41,620 nt of DNA from assembly GCA_903831155.1 (NCBI GenBank), contig CAIKWU010000483.1, forward strand, positions 1-41,620, read 5' to 3'. Origin of the DNA: an uncultured Planctomycetaceae bacterium. Lineage in GTDB: Bacteria > Planctomycetota > Planctomycetia > Pirellulales > UBA1268. The notes under the pieces were generated by a model. The model ran no database searches, was not told the DNA's origin, and saw only the letters and a list, made by a program, of their open reading frames with translations. The position numbers and the translations under genes were made by a program. Numbering within the stretch: the first letter of the stretch is position 1; each line of letters opens with the position of its first letter. Below, piece after piece: positions 23,868-33,275 of this stretch.

Positions 23868-24977
23868 CTACGCGTCGATCCAGCCGCCCCCGAGGAGGCG
23901 GTCGCCGGCGTAGCAGACCGCCGGCTGGCCCGGGGAGATCGGCCTCGGGGAGCATTCCGGCCCGGCCGTGAATCGGGCTGTGAAGCGGTCGGGACCCAGC
24001 GGCGTGACCACCGCCGGGGCGGCGGCCCGCTGGGCGCGGCACTGCACGAGGCACTCGAAGGGCTCCGTCGGCAGCGGCACGAGCCACGTCGCCTGCCCGG
24101 CGACGAGGTGGGTCTGTGGCACCTCCGCTCGCGGCCCCACCACCACCCGGCAGGTGTCGGGCTCGATGCGGATCACGTACAGCGGCGTGCCGACGGCGAT
24201 GCCGAGGCCCTGCCGCTGGCCGACCGTGAAGTGCTCGATGCCGGGATGACGGCCGAGCACCCGCCCGGAGGAATCGACGATCTCGCCGGCGCGCGAGCCC
24301 CCGAGCAGGTGGGCGACGAGCCGGGCGTGCTCTCCGGGGGCGACGAAGCAGATCTCCTGGCTGTCGGGCTTGTCGGCCGTGACGAGGCCGAGCCCGCCCG
24401 CCCGCCTGCGGACGTCGGCCTTCTCGAGATCGCCGACCGGCAGCAGCATCCGCCGCAGCCGCTCCGGCCGCACGTCGAAGAGCACGTACGACTGGTCGCG
24501 GGCCGCGTCGCGGCCTCGGCGGAGCACGGGGCCGGCGGCCGACTGCCCGAGTCGGGCATAGTGGCCGGTGGCCACCCATTCCGCGCCGATCGCGTCGGCG
24601 TGCTCGAAGAGCCTCCCGAACTTGATCCAGGCGTTGCAGCGCACGCAGGGATTCGGAGTCCGGCCGCGGCCGTAGCCCGTTGCGAACTCCTCGATCACCC
24701 GCCCGAAGTCGGCCGTGAGATCGAGGGCGTAGAGCGGGATGCCGAGCCGATCGGCCACCCGGCGGGCGTCGAGGGCGTCGGTGGGGCTGCAGCAGCCCTG
24801 ATGGCCAGTCCGTGGCGCGACGATCGCCAGCGGATCATCCGTGGCTGCCGGCGGGAGCGCCGGGGCGGTGTGCCGCATGAACACGCCGACGCAATCGTAG
24901 CCGGCCTCGACGAGCAGCGCTGCGGCGACGCTCGAATCGACGCCCCCCGACATCGCCACGATGACGCGGCGGCCCAT
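23868..24977 (-). CDS. mnmA: tRNA-specific 2-thiouridylase
   Basis: [51 protein letters not shown]. Confidence 0.96.
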   Translation of the reverse strand: MGRRVIVAMSGGVDSSVAAALLVEAGYDCVGVFMRHTAPALPPAATDDPLAIVAPRTGHQGCCSPTDALDARRVADRLGIPLYALDLTADFGRVIEEFATGYGRGRTPNPCVRCNAWIKFGRLFEHADAIGAEWVATGHYARLGQSAAGPVLRRGRDAARDQSYVLFDVRPERLRRMLLPVGDLEKADVRRRAGGLGLVTADKPDSQEICFVAPGEHARLVAHLLGGSRAGEIVDSSGRVLGRHPGIEHFTVGQRQGLGIAVGTPLYVIRIEPDTCRVVVGPRAEVPQTHLVAGQATWLVPLPTEPFECLVQCRAQRAAAPAVVTPLGPDRFTARFTAGPECSPRPISPGQPAVCYAGDRLLGGGWIDA

Positions 24978-24978
24978 C

Positions 24979-25497
24979 TCAGTAGACGATCACGCTCTCG
25001 ACCCGGTGCGGCGCGAGTCGCTCGCGGCCCCCGAGCGGCGCGATCTCCACCAGGAACGACGCCCCCACCACGTGGCCTCCGCCCGCCTCGATGAGCTTCA
25101 TGCAGGCGGCGGCCGTGCCACCGGTCGCGAGCACGTCGTCCACCACCAGCACCCGCGATCCCTCGGCCAGCACCCCCTTGTGCATCTCCAGGCGGTCGCG
25201 GCCGTATTCGAGATCGTATTCGTGCGAGATCGTGTCGGCCGGAAGTTTGCCCGGCTTTCGCACCGGGATCACGCCCACGCCCAGTTCGAGGGCCAGGGGG
25301 CCGGCGAACAGGAAGCCGCGGGCCTCGACCGCCGCGATCGCCGTCACCCCGGCCGACCGCCATGGTTCGGCCAGCGCCAGGATCGACGCCGCCAACGCCG
25401 CCGCATCGGCGAGCAGGGGCGTGATGTCGCGGAACAGGATCCCGGGCTTCGGGAAGTCGGGAATCGGGCGGATGTGGCGGGCGAGGTCCATGCGCAC
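24979..25497 (-). CDS. apt: Adenine phosphoribosyltransferase
   Basis: PDFPKPGILFRDI, EARGF, RKPGKLP, YDLEYG, VDDVLATGGT. Confidence 0.96.
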   Translation of the reverse strand: MRMDLARHIRPIPDFPKPGILFRDITPLLADAAALAASILALAEPWRSAGVTAIAAVEARGFLFAGPLALELGVGVIPVRKPGKLPADTISHEYDLEYGRDRLEMHKGVLAEGSRVLVVDDVLATGGTAAACMKLIEAGGGHVVGASFLVEIAPLGGRERLAPHRVESVIVY

Positions 25498-25508
25498 AGT
25501 CTCCGGCC

Positions 25509-26381
25509 TCAGGCACCGTGACGCAACTGGATCTTCGCCCGCGGGGCTCCGTCGATCTCCATCGCGAGGGAGGCGAGCGTCTCCGACTCGATCTGCCGGA
25601 CCCGCTCCCGGGTCAGCCCCAGCACGGCGCCGATCTCCTTGAGCGTCATCGGCTCGCCGCCGTTGAGGCCGAAGCGGAGCTTGATGATCGTGCCGGCACG
25701 CTGGTCCAGTTCGTCGATCCTGCGGAGGACGTGCCGGAGCGTGTCGTGGTCGAGCAGCACCTCGGCCGGACAGCGGGCGTTGTCGTCACGGACGAGCTCG
25801 CCGAGCGACCAGCCCCCTTCCGTCGGTTCGGTGTGGGCGGAGGACTGGTGGACGTGGATCGCCTTTTTGATGATCGGCAGCTTCTTGCGGGCGAGGCCGA
25901 GGCTCCTCGCCACCTCCTCGGGGGTCGGCACGCGGCCGAGGGTGTCGCTGAGCCGGGCCGTCGCCCGGCGCCACTTGGAGAGGATCTCGACCATGTACGC
26001 GGGGATGCGGATCGTCTTGCCGGAGTTGATCAGCGCCCGCTTGATCGACTGCTTGATCCAGTAGCTGGCGTAGGTGCTGAACCGGGTGCCGATCGTCGGG
26101 TCGAAGCCCTCCACGGCCCGCAGCAGGCCGAGGTTGCCCTCCTCGATGAGGTCGGGGAGCGGCAGGCCACGGTTGGCGTAGCCCCGGGCGATGTTGACCA
26201 CCAGCCGGAGATTGGCCCGCACCATGTGGTCACGGGCGAGTGCGTCGCCGTTGGCGATGGCCGTCGCGAGCCGCTTCTCGTCATCCGCCGTGAGGAGCGG
26301 CGTCTCGTTGATGTCGCGCAGGTACGTCTCCAGCGGGTTTTGGACGGCGGTGGAGGGCGACTTGCGGCGTGGGGACGGCAT
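25509..26381 (-). CDS. RpoD/SigA-family sigma factor lacking region 1.1 (group 2-like)
   Basis: ANLRLVV, DLIEEGNLGL, RFSTYASYWI, TIRIP, TRERVRQIE. Confidence 0.92.
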   Translation of the reverse strand: MPSPRRKSPSTAVQNPLETYLRDINETPLLTADDEKRLATAIANGDALARDHMVRANLRLVVNIARGYANRGLPLPDLIEEGNLGLLRAVEGFDPTIGTRFSTYASYWIKQSIKRALINSGKTIRIPAYMVEILSKWRRATARLSDTLGRVPTPEEVARSLGLARKKLPIIKKAIHVHQSSAHTEPTEGGWSLGELVRDDNARCPAEVLLDHDTLRHVLRRIDELDQRAGTIIKLRFGLNGGEPMTLKEIGAVLGLTRERVRQIESETLASLAMEIDGAPRAKIQLRHGA

Positions 26382-26586
26382 GGGCGGAGTGGGTTCGTTG
26401 AGTTGGCGGTGAAGACTGCGCCGCGGACGAGGCGGGACTCGTGCCCGCGACGGCGATGCCGGAGACGACCGGCACAGCGAAAGGTATCGGCGGCGGTCGG
26501 CGACAACTGCACAAGCCTGACGGTCCGGGCGCACCGTGCGGCTCGTGCCGATCTCGCCGGAGATGCCGTCGGCGACGCCTCGCGAA

Positions 26587-27723
26587 TCAATCCTCGTGTC
26601 GCCGCGTCACCGGGCCGAGCGTCCGGTCGAGGAACTCCACGAGTGCTCCGCCTGACGGCGTCCCCCGGGCCGGCGCGAGCCCGTCGGCCGTGGCGTCGAG
26701 CACGACGAACGCCGAGTCGACCCCGGCGACCTGGAGGGCCGCATCGAGACGCCTCCCCTGCTCCGCGGAGATGCCGTCGCCGCGGGAGCCATGCACGATC
26801 AGGGCGGGAGGGTCGTCGGGCGTCACGTGCACGAGCGGGCTCGCCTTCTGCGCAGCCTCGCGAAACTCGGGCAGCGGCCCGCCGACGAGACGGCTTGCGG
26901 CGGATCCTGCGCGGTCGTGCGAGCCGCCGAGCGAGGGCAGGTGCGTCGGGGCGTCGAACACCGCGACCGCCGCCACGTCATTGGCGTCGGTGTCCGCATC
27001 GTCGGTGCTCGCCTCGCGGATCGGACCGTGGTCCGATGGATCGAAGGCCACCAGCGCCGCGAGCTGGCCGCCGGCACCCAGGCCCGCCACGCAGACCCGT
27101 GACGGATCGATGCCCCAGGTGGCCGCGTCGGTGGCGATCGACACGATCGCCGCCCGGCAGTCGTCGAGCTGCGCCGGAAAGACGGCCGCGTCGCTCAGGC
27201 GGTAGTCGATGCTCGCGACGGCGAACCCCTGTTCGACCAGCCAGGTGATCGGACAGTCGGCCTTGCTGCCGGTCCGCCAGTCGGGTCCGTGAATCCAGAC
27301 GACCAGCGGAAGCCCGCCGCCGCTGCAGCCTTCGGGAAGGTAGAGGTCGAACCGCTGCCATGGCTGTGCACCGTAGGGCTGGTCGCGATGCGCAATCGCC
27401 CTGACCGCGGGGGCCGGCTCGCCGGCAACCGGCTCGGGCGCCGGCTCCACGATCGGCTCGGTGGTCGGCCCGGTGGTCGGCCCGGTGGGCCTGGGTGCCG
27501 TCGGCTCCATCTCGACGCGTCGCAGGCTCCGCCGGAGAGCTCTTCGGCTGGTGCGACGCGACGCGGACGGCTCGACCGGCAGCGGCTCATCGGCCGCCGG
27601 CCGGGGGTCGTTCCGCCAGGCGACTTCCACGCCGGACCAGTCGGCGGCATGGCCACCCGACTGGGGCAGGGCGAGCAGCACGAGCAAGGCGCCGGCGGCG
27701 AAGTCGACGAGACGGGGCTGCAT
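26587..27723 (-). CDS. Exported alpha/beta hydrolase (HSL/BD-FAE-like), catalytic residues apparently lost
   Basis: Signal peptide; FDLYLP, PLVVWIHG, VASIDYRLS..A.FPAQLDD, ASP..HVT.DDPP; nucleophile elbow reads GLGAGG. Confidence 0.85.
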   Translation of the reverse strand: MQPRLVDFAAGALLVLLALPQSGGHAADWSGVEVAWRNDPRPAADEPLPVEPSASRRTSRRALRRSLRRVEMEPTAPRPTGPTTGPTTEPIVEPAPEPVAGEPAPAVRAIAHRDQPYGAQPWQRFDLYLPEGCSGGGLPLVVWIHGPDWRTGSKADCPITWLVEQGFAVASIDYRLSDAAVFPAQLDDCRAAIVSIATDAATWGIDPSRVCVAGLGAGGQLAALVAFDPSDHGPIREASTDDADTDANDVAAVAVFDAPTHLPSLGGSHDRAGSAASRLVGGPLPEFREAAQKASPLVHVTPDDPPALIVHGSRGDGISAEQGRRLDAALQVAGVDSAFVVLDATADGLAPARGTPSGGALVEFLDRTLGPVTRRHED

Positions 27724-27782
27724 GGACGGCTCCGGAGGGACCGCCCAGTATACCTCCGCCCGGAGAGCCCCTCCGCCGCGGT

Positions 27783-28214
27783 TCAGCGGCGGACCGGCAT
27801 CTGCCCCTGAGGCGTCAGCTCGTCGATGATCCGCGGGATGTATTTGGCCAGCACTTCCGCGAGCTGATCGCGGTCGAGCCCCTTCGAGCGGGCGAGATGG
27901 TCGAGCTCCCGTTCGCCGAAGGCGTCCTCGATCTGCCGCCGATCGACCGGCTTGTTGGGTCCGGTGCGGACCCACGAGTCGACCTGGTCCCGCATCCCCT
28001 TCTCCTCGAACTGCTTGACCACGTCGGGGAGCTTCTGGGCGCCGCCGCCGCCAAAGATCTGAGAGAGGATGTCGGTGAGATCGTTGGAAGAGGGCATGCC
28101 CTGCGGCGGCTGCTGCGGACGAGGCTGCGGCTGGGGCTGCCGCTGCGGCTGCTGGGCCTGCTGCTGCGCCGCGCCCTCGAGGACCTGCTTCAGGATCTCG
28201 CCGAGAATGTCCAT
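27783..28214 (-). CDS. YidB/DUF937 family protein with a Gln/Pro-rich linker
   Basis: QVDSWVRTGPNKPV, LAKYIPRIIDELTPQG. Confidence 0.85.
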   Translation of the reverse strand: MDILGEILKQVLEGAAQQQAQQPQRQPQPQPRPQQPPQGMPSSNDLTDILSQIFGGGGAQKLPDVVKQFEEKGMRDQVDSWVRTGPNKPVDRRQIEDAFGERELDHLARSKGLDRDQLAEVLAKYIPRIIDELTPQGQMPVRR

Positions 28215-28311
28215 GATGACCCTTTTATCGCTGGTGAATCGACCCATGCCGGCGTCGCCGACCCGGCACGGCAGTCTACGGCCGGCCGGGGTCCGGGAAA
28301 AGCAGCCGGTG

Positions 28312-29391
28312 TCAGTCGAGCGAAACCGGCTCGCCGCCCGCCCGGGTTGCGAGCTGGCCGAGGACCTGGACCGACGTGCCCTCACCCACGAACCGCACCG
28401 CGCCATCGGCGAAGGCGACACTCGCGCCGCCGGCGTGGCAGGCATAGACGAGCCAGCCCCACTCGTTGGATCCGTTCACCCGCATCAGCTCCGGCGGGAT
28501 CGCCCCCGCCGTCGGCCCCGAGGTGCACCAGCCGGTGGCTCGCTCGCCAAAGCCATACGGATTGTCGTTCGTCGCCCACGCTCCCCCTTGCGCCCTGGCG
28601 CAGCTGGCGCCGGCGGCATTGTCCGCGTTGGCCGTGGTCCGCGTGCCGGCCCGCCAGACGTCCTCGCGACCTGCGGATTCGGCGAGCAGAATCGTCTTCG
28701 AGAGCCCGTCGGTGATTTTTCCGAAGGTGCTCCTCGGGCGTTTGGCGGACGTTCCGCACCCGGACCACGTTTCCGTCGGCCCCGGCCCCGGGGTCACCGC
28801 ACCGGCAGGCACGCCGGCGACCGTGGTGAAGTTCGTCCCGGTCCCGGCCACGAGGAAGTAATCGGTGCATGCCCCGGTCTTGCGAGGGCTGTCGATCTTG
28901 TCCTGAATCCGATTCGAGATCGGGCTCGAGGGGCACTGCAGCATCGGTAGATGCGTCCGCACGATGGCACGGTTTCCGGAGGGGTTCTCGTCGAGGATTC
29001 CCGCCGTGCCGCCGTTGACCGCCGAGCCGTCCGCGTTCGCCCACCAGTCCTGGGACAGGTCATAGCCGGCCATCAGGTTTGCCTCTTCGAGGTAGGACAG
29101 CACGTCGCAGGCCCAGCCCCGCTGCGCCATCGTCGGCTCGTTGTTCGGAGGCGCCGTGCAGTTGCTGGTCCGCTTCAGGGGTGGCAGGAGGCTGCGGGCG
29201 TTTTCGTAGTTGTGGAAGGCGATGGGGAGCTGCCGCAGGTTGTTGCCGCACGACGTTCGCCGCGCCGATTCCCGGGCGGCCTGCACCGCGGGCAGCAGCA
29301 GCCCGATGAGGACCGCGATGATCGCGATCACGACGAGCAGCTCCACGAGCGTGAAGCCATGTGGCGGTCGTGCCGGGCTGGAGAGGCGCAT
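28312..29391 (-). CDS. DUF1559 prepilin-type N-methylation protein with H-X9-DG motif
   Basis: [56 protein letters not shown]. Confidence 0.95.
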   Translation of the reverse strand: MRLSSPARPPHGFTLVELLVVIAIIAVLIGLLLPAVQAARESARRTSCGNNLRQLPIAFHNYENARSLLPPLKRTSNCTAPPNNEPTMAQRGWACDVLSYLEEANLMAGYDLSQDWWANADGSAVNGGTAGILDENPSGNRAIVRTHLPMLQCPSSPISNRIQDKIDSPRKTGACTDYFLVAGTGTNFTTVAGVPAGAVTPGPGPTETWSGCGTSAKRPRSTFGKITDGLSKTILLAESAGREDVWRAGTRTTANADNAAGASCARAQGGAWATNDNPYGFGERATGWCTSGPTAGAIPPELMRVNGSNEWGWLVYACHAGGASVAFADGAVRFVGEGTSVQVLGQLATRAGGEPVSLD

Positions 29392-29433
29392 GCATTCCTC
29401 GACGCCGGGCCGATCCTGCGCGGCCCTGTCGCG

Positions 29434-29499
29434 ATGCTATCGGCGGCACGTGCGGTGCGGCACGGGGAATCGGTCGCCGGAGCCGGGGAACTTTTCACC
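29434..29499 (-). promoter_or_regulatory. Two 15-bp operator-like palindromes plus a sigma-70-like promoter upstream of the DUF1559 gene
   Basis: GGTGAAAAGTTCCCC and GGCGACCGATTCCCC at a 21-bp period, followed by GTGCCG-N18-TAGCAT. Confidence 0.45.
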
Positions 29500-29516
29500 G
29501 GTCACCGCCGCCGGCG

Positions 29517-30872
29517 TCAGTCGTCGATGCCGAGCTGCCGGAGCTTGGTTCGCAGGGTCGCCCGGTCGAGGCCCAGGAGCCTCGCGGCGGCCGTGCGGTT
29601 GCCGCCGGTGTGGGCGAGGGCCTCGCGGAGGAGCGTGGCTTCGACGAGCCGGACCGTGCGGTCGTGGAGGTCGGGCTCCGGCAGCCGTCCGAAGGCGGCG
29701 CGGGCGGCGGCGGCCCATTCGCGGATGGCGGCCCCGACCTGCCGCGTGGCGGCGTCGACCGTCCCGCCTGCGCCGCGATCGTCCGAGGGCAGGTGCTCCG
29801 GCCGCAGGGTCGAGCCCCGGGCGACGACGGCGGCGTGTTCCACGGCTGCCCGGAGCTCGCGGACATCGCCGGGCCACGCCCGCGCCCGCGCCGCCGCGAG
29901 GAACTCCGGCGACACGCCCGTGGGCCGGGTCCGCGTGGTCGCGGCATGACGCGCGAGGAACGTGCGGACGAGCGATTCGACGTCCTCCAGCCGGGCGGCG
30001 AGCGGCGGCAGCGCGATCGTCAGCGGCTGCCGAGTTGGGGCGAGCCCGTGCCAGGGCCCCGTTGCAGTGGCCGGCCGGGAGGTGGTGACGATCAGGCGCG
30101 CCGGTGGCGCCGCTTCCTGCCCGGGGGCGGTGCCGTGGCCGGAGTCGACGAGCCCGGCCAGCCGCTCCTGCACCTCCGAAGTCGCCGCCTCGATGTCCTT
30201 CACGAGAAGCGTGCCGCCGGCAGCGCGGGCCACCAGTCCGGTCGAGTCGCCCCCGAAGAGTTCGGTGGCGATCGTGCCGGGCGCCAGTGCCGACAGGCTC
30301 GTGACCAGGAGCGGGCCGTCGTGTCTTCGAGAGTGCGCGTGGATCGCGCGGGCGGCCAGCTCCCTGCCGCTGCCGGCCGGACCCGAGACCAGCACGGGCA
30401 GGTCGCTGCCGGCAGCGACCGCGATCGCCCGGAAGACCTCCTGCATCGCCGGTGAACTGCCGACGAGCGTGGGAGGGGCGGCATCGGCCGCGCCCACGGA
30501 GGCACCGCCGCCGCGTTCGGCAACCGCCCGCGCCACGACCGCCGACACGTGTTCGAGGTCGAACGGCTTGACGAGATAGTCGCAGGCCCCGGCCCTGACG
30601 GCCCGCACGGCGGTGTCGAGGTCGCCGAACGCGGTCATCACCACGATCGCCGCGTCGCCGGCGACGGCCCGCAGGTCGGGGATCGCCTCGATGCCGTCCC
30701 GGCCGGGCAGGCGGACGTCGAGCAGGATCGCGTCGGGAGCGTGCCGCGTGGTGGCGGCAAGGGCCTCGCCGACGTTCGCCGCCAGGTCGACGTCGTGCCC
30801 CTCGTCGGAGAGCATCTCCTTGAGGCTCCAGCCGATCGCAGGCTCGTCGTCCACGACCAGCACGCGGCTCAT
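29517..30872 (-). CDS. NtrC-family response regulator (REC-AAA+-Fis HTH) with degenerate AAA+ domain
   Basis: REC intact (VVDDE, LLDVRLP, MTA, KPFD); WPGDVREL; GNRTAAARLLGL; GAFTGA absent. Confidence 0.9.
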   Translation of the reverse strand: MSRVLVVDDEPAIGWSLKEMLSDEGHDVDLAANVGEALAATTRHAPDAILLDVRLPGRDGIEAIPDLRAVAGDAAIVVMTAFGDLDTAVRAVRAGACDYLVKPFDLEHVSAVVARAVAERGGGASVGAADAAPPTLVGSSPAMQEVFRAIAVAAGSDLPVLVSGPAGSGRELAARAIHAHSRRHDGPLLVTSLSALAPGTIATELFGGDSTGLVARAAGGTLLVKDIEAATSEVQERLAGLVDSGHGTAPGQEAAPPARLIVTTSRPATATGPWHGLAPTRQPLTIALPPLAARLEDVESLVRTFLARHAATTRTRPTGVSPEFLAAARARAWPGDVRELRAAVEHAAVVARGSTLRPEHLPSDDRGAGGTVDAATRQVGAAIREWAAAARAAFGRLPEPDLHDRTVRLVEATLLREALAHTGGNRTAAARLLGLDRATLRTKLRQLGIDD

Positions 30873-32257
30873 GCGACGGTCTCTCCGGTGACGATCTGCG
30901 TGGCGGGCAGCCGGATCTCGAACCGCGTGCGTCCGTCGTCCCGCCGCCACTCGAGCCGGCCGCCGTGCTGCTCGGCCACGGCCCTGGCGACGGTGAGCCC
31001 GAGCCCGACCCCCTCCTGCTTGCCCGTCACGAACGGCTCGTGAAGCGACTCGGCGAGTTCGTCCGGCGGACCCGGACCGTCGTCCTCGACGACGAGCGCG
31101 GGGCCGGCAGGATCGGCCACGGCGGCGACCGTCACGTGCCCACCACCACCGGCCGCGTCGATCGCGTTGAGCGCGAGGTTGACCAGCGCCGCCCGCAGGC
31201 CCTCGCGTCGGCCGATGACGCTGGCGTGGCACGGCGGCCCGCTGGCGAGCGCCACGCCGGCATGGCCGCACCGCGGACCCACGAGGTCTCGAACCTCGGC
31301 GGCGAGGGCGTCGAGATCGACGGCCGCCGGCACGGTCGCCGGCGGTCGGCCCAGGGCGAGCAGGCCGCGAACCTCCTCCTCCACGATCTCCAACTGCCTG
31401 ACGGCCACGGCGAGGCTGTCGTCGGGCCGCCCTGCCGGCGGCGATCCGGCACAGCGGCGGCGGTGAAGGTCGATCGCCAGCCGGGCGCCCGTGATCGCGT
31501 TTCGAAGCTCGTGGGCGAAGCCCGCGGCGAGCTGGCCGAGCAGCCGCTCCCGCTCGCCGGCGACGAGCCGGTCGCGGAGGGTTTCGAGTTCGCCCCGCAT
31601 CCGCTCGACGCCGGCCGCGAGGCGGCCCACCTCGTCGTCGCCGCGACCCGCGCCCCCCTGCTCCGCGGTGAAATCACCCGTCGAGAATCGCTCCACCCGC
31701 CGTTCGATCGCCGCGATCCGCCGCGCGATACTGCCGGTGGTGAGGAGCCCCAGCGGCACGAGCACGGCGAGCGTCGCAGCCGCCACCGCGAGCACGGGCC
31801 AGACGGCGGCCCAGGTCGTGGCCGCGAGATTCCGCACCGGTGTCAGCACCAACGCCCGCTCGGGCCGCACCCCTCCCGCGCGGACGATGCCGACGGCATA
31901 ACGGTTTTCGCCGAGCGTGATCACGTCCCCGTCGTTGGCCTCGCGCAGCAGGGAGGTTGCCGCCGCGAGCCGGTCGGCGCCGAGCGTCGTCGTGCCGGGA
32001 GCGTCGGCCGCTTCGTCCCAGACCACGAGTTCGCTGCCGGTGAGATCGCCGAGGGCATCGACCACCGCCGGCGACAGCGGGATCCGCGAGCGGTCGAGGG
32101 CGGCCACGATCCGCTCGCGGCCCAGCGTGGCGGCCCCGAGGGCGTTGCGGGTGGCCAGCCATGCGGCGAAGGCGACGTTGGCGATCACGGCAGCGAGCAC
32201 GAGCCCGACCACGGGCCAGACGAGCTGCGCGGAGAGCGTGCGACCCGGGAGTGGCAT
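30869..32257 (-). CDS. HAMP-domain sensor histidine kinase
   Basis: Two TMs, DEVGRLA, FAHELRN, NLALNAIDA, DDGPG, PFVTGK..GVGLGL. Confidence 0.92.
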   Translation of the reverse strand: MPLPGRTLSAQLVWPVVGLVLAAVIANVAFAAWLATRNALGAATLGRERIVAALDRSRIPLSPAVVDALGDLTGSELVVWDEAADAPGTTTLGADRLAAATSLLREANDGDVITLGENRYAVGIVRAGGVRPERALVLTPVRNLAATTWAAVWPVLAVAAATLAVLVPLGLLTTGSIARRIAAIERRVERFSTGDFTAEQGGAGRGDDEVGRLAAGVERMRGELETLRDRLVAGERERLLGQLAAGFAHELRNAITGARLAIDLHRRRCAGSPPAGRPDDSLAVAVRQLEIVEEEVRGLLALGRPPATVPAAVDLDALAAEVRDLVGPRCGHAGVALASGPPCHASVIGRREGLRAALVNLALNAIDAAGGGGHVTVAAVADPAGPALVVEDDGPGPPDELAESLHEPFVTGKQEGVGLGLTVARAVAEQHGGRLEWRRDDGRTRFEIRLPATQIVTGETVA

Positions 32258-32324
32258 GGGAGGCTCGGTCGGTGGTCGGTTCGACGACTCCATGGTACCG
32301 GGCCGCGGGCCGTATCATGCCGGC

Positions 32325-33275
32325 ATGCCGCTCCGGACATCGATCGCCTGCCTGCTCGCCGCCGCCACGATGACGCGGGCCGCGGAGCTCGAGTTTCCCC
32401 GCCAGCTGGTCGCATTCGGGCCCCCGTCGGCCGCGGCGCTCTTCTCCGGCGGCGGTCCCGGCGCCTGGGACCGCGACCTGCGGGAGCGGGGCTGGATCCT
32501 CCGGCGCGGCGGCCGCTGGCACCTCTGGTACACGGGCTCGAATCCCGATCGTGATCCCGTGCGTCGCCTCGGCCACGCGACCAGCCCGGACGGGCTCAAC
32601 TGGCGGCGATCATCGGACCGGCCCGCCGTGCCGGACCTTTGGGTGGAGGACGTGTGCGTCGCATCGATGACCGGATCGGGTGGCGACGTGTTTCGCATGG
32701 TGGCCGAGGGAGAGCACGACGTCGCCCACCTGCTCGTCTCACGGGATCTCGCCCGGTGGAGATCGTGCGGCCCGCTCGACATCCGCCTCGCCGCCGGCGG
32801 GCCGATTCCCGCCGGCCCCCGCGGCACGCCCACGCTTCTCCTGCACCGCGGCGCGTGGCACCTTCTCTACGAGCGACGCGACGACGGCGTCTGGCTGGCG
32901 ACGTCGCGGGACGGCCGCACCTTCACGAACGTGCGGGACGAACCGGTGATCGCCTGCGGGCCCGAGGCCTACGACCTCCACGGCGTGGCGGTCGACCAGG
33001 TGGTGTGCTTCGATGGCCGGTGGTACGCCTATTACCACGCGAGCCCCGACCCCGGGCGGAGGACGTGGCAGACCTGCATCGCCGCGAGCGACGATCTCCT
33101 CCACTGGGAGAAGTGGAGCGGCAACCCCCTGCTGCCCGTCGATCCTGATCACCCGAAGCGGTCGAGCGGCACCGTGATCCACGACGGCGAGCGGATCAGG
33201 CTCTACACCACGCACCCGGACGTCCGCGTGCGGTTCTCGGTCGATCCCGTGGCGGCGGACCGGCTCAGGCGGTGA
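32325..33275 (+). CDS. Exported five-bladed beta-propeller glycoside hydrolase-like protein
   Basis: Signal peptide; repeated WHLWYTG..LGHATSPDGLNW, WLATSRDG..F, IAASDDLLHWEK..GNP blades. Confidence 0.75.
   Translation: MPLRTSIACLLAAATMTRAAELEFPRQLVAFGPPSAAALFSGGGPGAWDRDLRERGWILRRGGRWHLWYTGSNPDRDPVRRLGHATSPDGLNWRRSSDRPAVPDLWVEDVCVASMTGSGGDVFRMVAEGEHDVAHLLVSRDLARWRSCGPLDIRLAAGGPIPAGPRGTPTLLLHRGAWHLLYERRDDGVWLATSRDGRTFTNVRDEPVIACGPEAYDLHGVAVDQVVCFDGRWYAYYHASPDPGRRTWQTCIAASDDLLHWEKWSGNPLLPVDPDHPKRSSGTVIHDGERIRLYTTHPDVRVRFSVDPVAADRLRR

Noticed and set aside
28100-28175. Short tandem-like ctg/cgg repeats
   Set aside because: Simply encode the Gln/Pro linker of the YidB protein; not a CRISPR or VNTR.
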